64,000 bases of DNA from Octopus sinensis (Eukaryota). The notes under the pieces were generated by a model. It searched no databases, was not told the DNA's origin, and saw only the letters and a program-made list of their open reading frames with translations. Below are positions 53,468-64,000 of this stretch, one piece after another. Every line of letters starts with the position of its first letter. Positions within the stretch are counted from its first letter, which is position 1. The position numbers and the translations under genes are program-made. The stretch is taken from assembly GCF_006345805.1 (NCBI RefSeq), contig NC_043002.1, positions 106,640,001 through 106,704,000 on the forward strand, written 5' to 3'.

Positions 53468-54872
53468 AGTATTGATATTGCCTTTTATCCTTCCAGGGGC
53501 CAATGAAATAAAATACCACTGGAGTTGATTGTACCCCACCCCACCAACAAAAGAAAAAAAAATGTGGTTTCACTAATTTTAGAGGTTATCATTATCCTCC
53601 TCCTCCTCCTCATTATTATTCTTTTCACTAATTACTCTTGTCCCTTTCCATTCTAAGTTCAAATACTGCTAAGGTCCACTTTCACATGATGGATGAAATA
53701 AACAACAGCAAAATATCTGGGGTTTGATTCATCAGTTGATTCCTCTTCTCCCCTCTATCCACATTCTCTCTTTTATAGATTAGTGACTCTTCTACTGAAC
53801 TGAGCAATTATTAATGCTATCATTTTATCAAAAATCATATTGGCTTCTCAGCATTGGTGGAGTATTTATGTGGCTTTTATATCCTGCTGTGCTTTGTGTT
53901 CTGTGTTCAAATCCTACCAGGGATTTTATTTATATTTTTTTTATTTTCCATCTTTTTGATGTCAATAAAATAAAATTCATTTTATCCACAACATTAAACG
54001 CCTTTTTGTAAGGATGTTGTATCAATTCCTTTTTCCTCCCCTATAAAAACCAAATCTTGGGGCGCAAAAAAAAAAACCCCAGAAATGCCATACAGTATTT
54101 TCTTACATTCTGAGTTCAAATCCTGCCAAAGTCGACTTCACATTTCATCGTTAACAGAATAATTACCAGTAAAATACTGTAGTAATTTTAACTGACTTTT
54201 CCTTCTCTGTATTAGAAATAATGATAATAATAATGATGATGATGATGCATGTGTAGTATTTTTGCTTGTTTTGCCAGTATTCTCTTGTCTATGTCCATCA
54301 CTTTAATATTGTTCTCTCAAGTTCCCCCTCACTTATAACTCACTATTAGAGAGAGACAAATAGTCTTCTGTTTTCTTTGTTTATTCATATTTCCTAATAG
54401 TTGCTATTGCAGTTAAGGAAGTCCCTCAAAGCTCTCTCTCCATTATTATCCAAGACAAATATTGATGCTTAGAAAATAATTTAGTTTCTTTTAAAATATG
54501 TTTCTGTTCTAAATTATTGCTTACTTAGCATCACCTTTCTTTGCTGTTATGAATATATATACATACATATATACATACACATGCACACACACACACACAA
54601 ACATTTATGTATATATGTGTGTCTGTGTGTGTATATTTATGTGTGTGTAATTTATGTGACTTACCACAGACTAGTAAAAATAAACAATAAAATGTCAACA
54701 ACTGTTAACTGGAATCTATTTTTGTTGGTTTAAGATTATTTTTAATGCAACTATAAGGGCTTTTGTCTAAAACCCTTCATCAGCTGGTTTTAATTTTGTT
54801 CTCATAAATAAATTGCTAAATTGGGGATGGGGAATACCAGAATAAATATCTTTTTATAGTTTGGAAATGATA

Positions 54873-55401
54873 TGAGGGTGAGTCAAAAAGTAATGCCATT
54901 TTGCTTAGGACAGGTGTAATTACCAACACAGGAACCTGTATTATACATCAAAATGAAACTGGTCTTCTGTGGATCACATCCTTTCTTCTCAACATAGTTA
55001 CTGTTTCTCTCAATAGCAATGTTCCACCTTTGAATGAGAGCATGTATCCCTGCCCCGTAAAATTCTGTTGACTATTCTTTAAGCCACTTCTTCACCACTA
55101 GAATAATGCTTGCCTCTCAAACCCTCTTTTGTGGCACTGAAAAGATGATAGTCCAGTGATGAGGAACTGAAAACTGTAGTGAAGAAGTGGCTCAAAGAAC
55201 AGTCAACAGGATTTTACTGGGCAGGGATACATGCTTTCATTCGAAGGTGGAACATTGCTACTGAGAGAAACGGTGACTATGTTGAGAAGAAGGGATGTGA
55301 TCCACAGAGGACCAGCTTCATTTTGATGTATGATACATGTTCCTGTGTTGGTAATTATACTTGTCCTAAACAAAATGGCATTACTTTTTGACTCACCCTC
55401 A
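54873..55401. mobile_element. Palindromic mariner-derived MITE made of two inverted 3' ends
   Basis: TA TSD; TGAGGGTGAGTCAAAAAGTAATG termini. Right arm encodes KKWLKEQSTGFYWAGIHAFIRRWNIATERNGDYVEK, a mariner transposase C-terminus. Confidence 0.9.
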
Positions 55402-57309
55402 TATATACTAACAAGTGTCTAGTTTAAGATGGAGTCATAAAGTGGGTCTCTGCAGCTGGAGTTTTATAACCTCTGTGTGTCTGGCTAACACCTTTGTTTC
55501 TATATACTTCTGACTTATTACATTGCACTGAAATATTGCACTTATGTAGTCAGTGTTGAAATTCTGCACTGATGATACAAACTGCCATTTGTACCATCCT
55601 TGAGACAAGTTTCAACAAATGCATTTAATGCTTGAAAGGAAGGGTGTCTTGACTTTTTGGATACTCATCCTTCATCAGGAAAAAAAGAGAAATAAGAAAG
55701 AATGGGGGTAAAAATAGAGAAGGTGGCAAGGTGGTGGGAAAGAAAGAAAAAGGAGTTTAGGGGGCCAAGTAGGAATGTGGTTCTATGGGAGGAGTTAGGA
55801 AGAGATGGGGGTTGTGCCCTACATTGAACAAGTCAACCTATCGACAGTATTGGGTTTTTGAACATAGTGATCAGATGCTTAGATGGCTTGTTTCTTCTAT
55901 GTTGTTGTGGCAGATGACAAATATTCTCTTAGCAAATAGTCAAAGGCAGTTATTCTGGACATGAGCATCAACTTCTTTGGACACTCCTTCATTGGTTTTC
56001 CATCTCCTTACAATTATATGGCAGCAAAATGATGTAAATCCAATTTCTTTGTCTTTGTATCCTTTCTGACTCTGCCACTGTAAGCTAGTCTGAAGCCAGT
56101 GTCGTGTTGTTTGTTTATTTGTCTTTCTCTTTTGGTGGACATTTATTTAACAAAACGTGGTCCCTAATAGGCAGTATCTCCTTTGAAGTTCTTTTTTGAC
56201 TGTATGGGGCTTCCCTCTGTAGGGAAACAACATATACAGGGTTTACCTACACCTATTCATGAAGCAAGAAAGTTTGTGGTTTGCTTCAACGTATTTCAGC
56301 CTTTGTGGCTGTGGGGTATGTTGAGAAAGATGTCCTTCTTCGGTTCTTTCTTGTACAACTGGATTTTGGCTCACCTTGTAGGGAAACATGTGGTGAAGTC
56401 GTGCGGGCTTAGGGATAGGGAACCTCTCATTGTTGGAAAGTTGATATCAAGCTTGTTAGGCAGGGCATTGAGGGCATCATGGATCTCTATGGCCTGGGGT
56501 CATTACAAAGCTGTTGTCCATGTGTCTTTGGAGCAATCAGATGTGCTATTCTGAATGCAGTGCCCTATGCAATAGTTTATTCTGTGTCGGGGTAACTAGG
56601 AGCCTGCTAAGTCTGAAGAAGTGTCAGGAACCTGAAAGCTATTAGAGTTGAGCAATAAATTTTAAACCAGCATCAAACGTTTCCTGTCAACAGTTACTGA
56701 CAGTCACACATCACTACATCAATGTCTACTTTCCACAGTATGAACATGTTATGCCTCATGCATCATATATATAAATTCTACACTCAGAAATATTTTCAAT
56801 GTTTTGCTTGTGTTGTTTGGTGTTTTAGCCTTAGAAGAAATTTGTAGATTTAGATGTTGTCATGGCAACTTGCTTTTCTTCAAAAATGCTTCTTTTTCCT
56901 ATTTTTTACCTTCTTAAATCTTTTTTTCTTTTTTATTCTCACTCTTCTTCATCTTCTTATGCACCTTTTTTTTACTCTTGCAATAAATGCTTTTTTCTGA
57001 ATGTTTTATTTCTTTGGGCTTGAAACAATTGTTTGTAACCAATATTTGGTGACTGTGAATAATGGCACTATCGTTTAATTGTTCACTAACTACAGTTGAT
57101 ATCCTCATTTAAATTTAGCATTGTTACTAATAAGAGATTTTGCCTGTAAAACCTCTACCTTCAAATTTGGTCTTGGAAAGTGTTATGCTGGCTGATATAT
57201 ATATCTTGAATTCCAAATTTGATGCCATAGGAAGATAATTATACAATGACTTCAGAAAAAACACAAACCTTTACCAGAGAGAGTGAAAGCATTCTTTAAA
57301 AATATTTAT

Positions 57310-57415
57310 GGTAGTCCTGATCATATATAATTTTAGTACTGATCATATATAATTTAGTGCTGATCACATGTTTTAGGATTGATCATAAAAGCTTTAGTAC
57401 TGATCATATACATTT
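57310..57415. repeat. ~22-bp minisatellite (TTTAGTACTGATCATATATAAT-like), about 5 units
   Basis: Repeated TGATCA-centred units. Confidence 0.75.
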
Positions 57416-58887
57416 TAAAAGTTATTTCCAAGAAGGGCTTGGCTTGAAATCTCTGTGATCTTCTCTTCCCACCTACATACATACATTTTCTAATTTGCTA
57501 AACTTTACCAAATGTGTTTCACCAATGCAGACCATCACAAATTTCTTTCACCTCTGGCTTATATTGGCTGTATGCTAAATCAACAACTATGTCTTCATCT
57601 AAAAGAAATTTTCTTATAAACAATTCTAGAGAGAGAACATTTCTCCATACAAGATTGTTTCACTAGTTGTTAGATGTTGGCTGGCAACAATATAGTCAGT
57701 TTCCAAAGCCTTGTTGTAATTAGGCAGGGAAGCTTAAAATGATTCATAGATTTGTCTCAAGTGTCACTGCCAGGGTTGGGTGATAGTGTCTGTCTAGAAC
57801 TTGTCAGACTCTGGTAGCTTGTCTTCTTTGCAACCTATATCTACTGATTGATGAAATATAAGTGACTGATGTTGGTGTTGAACCTCAGGTGAGCCCTAAT
57901 CCAGCTGACTCGAGGCTGCTGGGAGTCGACAGTGTCAGAACATTCTACACTCATATGCCACACATAGCTGCTGGTTATTAACCGATCACATAATGAACAC
58001 CTGTGAAACTGAGTGCTTTCTCTTCACCTGGAGGCTTCAATGAGGAACCTTTATATATTCATATGATCTGCTGGAAATAGCAAGACAGGTCCCCAAAAGG
58101 AAGGACACTTTCAAGAACGTAGTTCTTCATACACTGTAACAGGATAACCATGGCCATAGTATCTTTGATCATATGTCTATTTCATGAGCTTTGACCTGGG
58201 GGTGGTTTAATCAATAACAAACCAAAGGAGGAGCACTAACAAAAGAGGGGTACTAGAAATACATTACAAACACAAGCACATCCTTTACGTCTAACTTTTT
58301 TCTCCATGTCAATTAATTTGCAAATTTCAAAATATATTTTTACAACTATTGTTAAATTTACTCTAATTTCACTGAGAAGTTATAATTTGTTGCAAAAACC
58401 TAAAATCTCTTTTATACTCTTAGAAAGACTTCTGTAAAATGGTTATTAATTCATTGGCCCCCTACCACTGCTGGTCATGTTTGTTTTGTTTGTAGACTGA
58501 TACATGCTAAGCCCTTGATTTCATGTTCTCCCGTGTTAACCTACAAAGATGTGTAGTGTTTTTGTTTTAGTAGCTTGTTTATACTGCTGTGCTTAACCCT
58601 TACAAAAGGGGGTTTGTTGCTGAGGTGGGTATCCTTGACATTATGTTTGTTTATGCTTACGTTTTTCTATTTTTTTGTTTTGTTTTTGTTACTGAAACTT
58701 CCGATGTTTACTGCTGCTCCCACTGCTGCCTCCATTCTTGCTGTTAACAATCCTTTTGAGAAGATCTTTTCACTGCAATCCTTCTTACCAGTGCTATTAG
58801 CTTTCTTCTCATTTACTTTGTTTTCTATACTGATTTTTTTTTTGTGTTGTTTGTTTTTTTACATGTTTTTTTTTCCACGTGCAAAGC

Positions 58888-58931
<44 letters not shown>

Positions 58932-60495
58932 GTTATTATTATTATTAGTGGTGGTGGGTGCCGTGTTACAGCAGTAAGTTTATGTTAAAACTAGGATTTA
59001 GTTTTAGAATTCCTTCATTTACATTGCTTTGAGAAAAGCACCAGTGTCTTAACTTCTCGTTTCTTGTGCCTTGGTAAATGTGAAGTCCCAAATACATATA
59101 ACAACTAATACTAATTATTATTATCATTTATCTGTTTACTATATATATTTGCTGCTAATTAACTGATGTCAGTGAAATAGTTTCTCGTTATTATTTTCCT
59201 TCAGTAATGAAGAATCTTTAAATTTAATCTTATGGAACCCACAAGAATATACAGCTAGGTCCATATTCTTCTCTTCTCTCTTCATATTACATCAGTGATC
59301 ACCATGTGTATATTTAGAGAAGATAGTATTAATAGCAGCTGTAGTAATTATTAATAATAATAGTTGTAGTCATTAGTCAGTGAGATCAACAACATATATC
59401 ATCATTATTTTATATCTGTTTTTTCCATACTGGCATGGATAGACTGGGTCATCTTGGTCCATTTTATTTTACTTGCATAGTAACTGAGAAAAAGTGATCC
59501 AACTTTGGTGTTCTGTATGTCTTAGATATGTCTTATCATGCTACCAGCACTAGAGACATTGGCCCAACTGAAGAGGACTTATGAATCCATTTCTTACCTC
59601 ATGCCAGTTCCTAATTGGAGATATTACGTTCTTGAAAGAGTACCCTGCAACTTGATTTAACAGTTTAATTTTGACCTGTATTATATTCATTATCACCAAC
59701 CATTCTTGCAAAGTGTTCTGAGTGCATTTATTGTGTTAGGGGCTCTTGAGATATTATCTAATGTATGGAAGACTATTCTCTACCATATATGTTCTATTCT
59801 TTTCGTGGCTTCAGTCATGGAACTGCAGCCATTCTAGGGTACCACCTTCTAAGATTTAGTTCATCATGCCAATCATTTTGTTCTTACTTTATCTAAATTT
59901 ATTGGACTGCTATGTTTAGCGTTTTGGCACAGCACTGATAATTAGAGTTTTTTAAAAGACTTTGGCTTTTAAATTAAAACTGATATGGGTACACAGTGTA
60001 TAAAAGCATACAGATACATGTATGTATGTATGTATATTTGATGGACTTTTGGATATTTCCTGTCTTCCGAATTCTTCTCACCTAGACTTACTCTGATTAG
60101 AGAGACTTGTTGATGATGTGATGCAGATTGGGATTGAACCCAGAGTTACATGGTTGTGAAGCGAGCTTGTTCAGCACACAGCTATGCCTGCACTGTCTCT
60201 CCCCATGCATGTGTGTGTCATCACAATGTGGGGTCCTAACCATTGAATATATACACACACACATATGTGTGCACTCACAGGGATTGAAATATGTGTGTGT
60301 ATGAGAAATAAGAATAAACACAAGTTTATATAATAGTTTGTATGCGCATTTCACCATTATGGTCGGTTGGAGCCCTTCAGTAGCTTTTCCAAGGGCTCAA
60401 CTGCAACAGATCTTCAGGGGACACTTTATTGTATTAAGTTGCTAATAGTTATATATCTCTAAATTGAAACATATATGTATAGAGGGGGAGAGGGA

Positions 60496-60562
<67 letters not shown>

Positions 60563-61067
60563 CAACAGACATATATTTGTAGTTATACACATAGATAAAA
60601 AAAGAATGAAGAGGTAAATTAATGAACCTTTTTTTTGTCAATTATAAACTATTTCTGTGTTATCTGACCTCCATCCGACTCCCCACATGCTGTGTGTGCA
60701 TGAGGTACAGGAATGTATATTCGTTTGGGTGTATATATATACGTGTGTGAGTATATAGGCATATGTGCATATCATATTGATACGTGCGTATATGTAAATA
60801 CTTGTGTGTGCATATATATGTGGATACGTTTTCCTCATTGAATCTGTACCCATATTACATGTGCATGTATGTGCACACACACGCTTATATACGCATGTGC
60901 ATATTATGTTTGTGATTGTATGTATATGTGTGTGAGTGTAAATTTTATTTATATGCTCTTACACATATCTATGCCCACATAACCATATGCATGTATATAT
61001 GGAAGCGTGTGTGTTTCTGTGTGTGCATGTAAACACATACAAATATAATCAGAAGTGTGTGTGTGTG

Positions 61068-61108
<41 letters not shown>

Positions 61109-61331
61109 ATGTATGTATGTATGTATGTATGTATATATATGTATATGCATATATACATGTATTTTTGTATATATGTGTGTCTATGTCTCACCACATATAT
61201 GGTACACTCATACATGCGCGGTCACCCATTCATAAATATATATTCTTTGTCCGTGTATCTTGATACGTGGGGTTTGATGGATGGAGGGGGGGCAACCTGT
61301 TCAGTAATTGTTGACTTTCTTTTTGTTGCAG

Positions 61332-62381
61332 ATGATGAGCTGTCAGCCAACTTCCCCCATCAAATCACAACCAAAGTGTATGTTGAACAGCAGCTGAGCA
61401 AAAGCAGCTCCTTGTCGAACACCACCACACCCCCGGATGGTTCTCACCGCGTCGATGCAGACAGTGAACTCTCTCCGGAGCCACGTATGAAGAGGCGGAA
61501 AGCTGTTCGTAGAACAAAGAGCTCGCTGGAGAGCTGGTACGGTCAAGCTGTAGCAGGAGGCAACCACAGTGGGTCACAGTCACACCATCAGCTACAGCGC
61601 TCGCTTGATTGTGCCATTGCTTCTCGTCAAAGGCCCAGAGTGCTGGCTCTCGACAGTAAGGACAGCAGCAACTCCCGAATGTCTGCAAGTCATTCTAGTA
61701 GTTTGGAACACGACAAACCAAAACGGCTTTTGTGCCGTCAGGCCAATGTTGAGAGTATGGATGTTGATTCAGACGATACAAACACAGATGACAGCACATT
61801 TCACCACCGTAACACATCGAGTTCCCGGTCACTGGATCGTAAGATTTGGAAATGGATCAACAAGAGATCACCAGCAACCAGCACTGAAAAGAAAAACATG
61901 TATCTAGCAGAGATCAAAGCCAGGCCATCCCAAAGGACATCCTTCCCCCCTGCCATGGGTCAGCATTATCCAATTTCATTACACATGCCACAGTCAGCGA
62001 GCTGCAAGGGACCACTAGACAGGAATGTTGGGGATATTTTCAACGGCCTTAAAGACATCCGGCATAATAAACGAACTTTCTCTGGCGCTGTCAGTTATGG
62101 CCAGCGTCTGGGGTCTGGCCGTACTATTGCTGAGACCACACAAATCATAAATGGTACAGTTGCTACGACAACAGTTGCAACGACAATTGCAACTACGACA
62201 GGAGCAGCAGTGACATCTGGTGTCCCACCATCTTCAAAGAGCAGAGATTCTGGTGTCTTCCGTTTCATGCGTCTCTTGCAGGGATCCGATGAAAAGAAAG
62301 TGGAAACTAGCAATTCCCAACAGAGTAGTGTAGTTGGCCTTGACTGGTTGTTTAGTACAGACAGTGAGTCCGTGAGTTCAG
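61332..62381 (+). CDS. pcnx: Probable pecanex large exon (DELSANFPHQITTKVYVEQ...RPRVLALDS...GLDWLFSTDSESVSS)
   Basis: TTTTGTTGCAG acceptor and TCAG|GTAATC donor; 1050 nt open, phase 1-1. Ser/Arg-rich like the long pecanex N-terminal loop; RVLALDS recalls vertebrate RVLSLDS. Confidence 0.8.
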
Positions 62382-62637
62382 GTAATCATCATAGCTTTTC
62401 ATACTAGTGGGATGTTGGGGCTTGCATACATGTCATCGTTGTTGTTTTATGTCTGCTTTTTCATGCTGATGTAGGTTGGGTGGGGTTTTTGAGGCAGTGT
62501 TTTGTAGTTGGATGTTCTTGCTGTCACTAACCTATTTAGCCACTTCTTAGGATACAAGGACATGGTGTACACCCTCTAAAACAGAATATATGTTGGTGTG
62601 TGTGTGTATATATATATTTTATATATATATGCACACA

Positions 62638-62841
62638 GGCGGCAAGCTGGCAGACACGTTAGCACACCGGGCGAAATGCGTAGCCGTATTTCGTCTGCTG
62701 TTACGTTCTGAGTTCAAATTCCGCTGAGGTCGACTTTGCCTTTCATCCTTTCGGGGTCGATAAATTAAGTACCAGTTTCGCACTGGGGTCGATGTAATCG
62801 ACTTACTCCTATGTTTAACCCCTTGTAGGTAGTAAAGAAAT
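62638..62841 (+). mobile_element. SINE family B copy
   Basis: Matches the other B copies; sits in (TA)n. Confidence 0.88.
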
Positions 62842-63033
62842 ATATATATATTTATATATATATGTATATATGAGTATGTAATGTATAAATGTATATGTAT
62901 GGATGTGTGTGCGTTTATATATATATATATATATATACCTACAGATATGTAAATATTTTATTCTCAAACACAGAATAATGCTGAATAGCGTAAATAGGAT
63001 AGAACATTCTTATATTGCAGAAAAATTTGTTAG

Positions 63034-63108
63034 CGGCCAGCCATGAGACTCAAACTCACATCTCTGTGATTACCGGTCAAGTGTGTTACCTTTAAGCTAA
63101 ACTGCCAA
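63034..63108 (-). pseudogene. Decayed tRNA-like sequence framed by 20-bp inverted repeats
   Basis: Minus strand GGCAGTT-TAGCTTAAAGGT...TGA-CCGGTAA-TCA...GTGAG-TTTGAGT-CTCAT-GGCTGGCC. Cloverleaf is imperfect. Confidence 0.5.
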
Positions 63109-63350
63109 CTAACAAATTCTTCTGCAATTTTTGAAGTTAGAAATTTAGCTTTTATAGATGTTATATGTGAAATTATGATATACATAAACAAAGTTTGCTT
63201 TTTTAGAAGCGTTGAGATGTGTATTTTTATATATATATATCATCATCATGAATGTATGCGTGTGCATATATATATATTGTATGAATGTATATGCATGAAT
63301 GTGTATGTGTATATATATGTATGTATTGCATAAATGTATAGGTATGAATA

Positions 63351-63406
<56 letters not shown>

Positions 63407-64000
63407 TGCATATACTCCCCTACCTACACCCACATATCACCATCATTTAAAGCCCTTATTTTGTTTTGTTTTGTTTTTTGTTTTCCATACCTGGTATATA
63501 TTAGATAAATCTGCATCTCTTGTTTTGCATTATCTTCAAACACAACAACTGAGAAACCTATCCAACTTTGATGTTGTGTATGTCTTACAACATGGAGTCT
63601 GTGCCATTTTATCTCCAGCTCACCAGACACAAATGTTCTTCCTACCTAGTATCAGGTCTTATTTATAGTTATTTTCCCTCTTTTTGATGCATTGTGACAT
63701 CTATGTCTTGCTTGAATTTTTCTATTTTCCTCATGCTTTCTATGACTGGATGTCCTTTCTACCACCAATCACTTCACAGACTGTATTAGGTTAATTTTAA
63801 CATGCCGTCAACACAAAAGAGATTGTCCAATGTGGGAAGGATTAAAGAATCCCACTGTTATTCTTACTCGGAATTACCTCCCTTTTAGACATCTTGTGAA
63901 GTACACATTTCCCATTCCATTCCACTGATGTACTGTCAAGAAGTGGAACCAACACTGAAGGCTGAATGTCTCTTCTTTAGCACAAGAGTGTTAAAGAGTT

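Noticed and set aside
58575-58988. 137-aa hydrophobic ORF with a GTAAGT near its end
   Set aside because: Driven by T-rich and (ATT)n sequence; no convincing acceptor or homology.
61055-61331. N-terminal part of the 450-aa ORF
   Set aside because: Intronic microsatellite upstream of the acceptor at 61331; only 61332-62381 is treated as exon.

Overview
AT-rich, microsatellite-dense animal genomic DNA. The SINE, RTE and Helitron landscape fits an octopus or other coleoid cephalopod (inference). The one recognisable host gene is a + strand pecanex (pcx/PCNX-family) gene. Its coding exons are at 14926-15078, 32194-32414, 34901-35073, 44050-45066 (low-complexity, less certain) and 61332-62381. 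They join in frame through GT-AG introns of phase 0, 2, 1, 1, 1, and the gene continues beyond the window. The rest is upstream or intronic repeat: tRNA-derived SINEs, decayed RTE, CR1 and Penelope-like retroelements, non-autonomous Helitrons, and piggyBac-, hAT-, Merlin- and mariner-type MITEs. I see no prokaryote-style novel system. The best leads are: a ~1 kb exon built from trinucleotide repeats; candidate microexons and uORFs in pecanex; a tRNA-SINE carrying a minimal hammerhead motif; a 5'-inverted (twin-priming-like) RTE insertion; a TA-targeting family whose copies fold back at different points; and many long intronic hairpins that could be ADAR substrates. All calls come from reading the sequence by eye; family names were not checked against databases.
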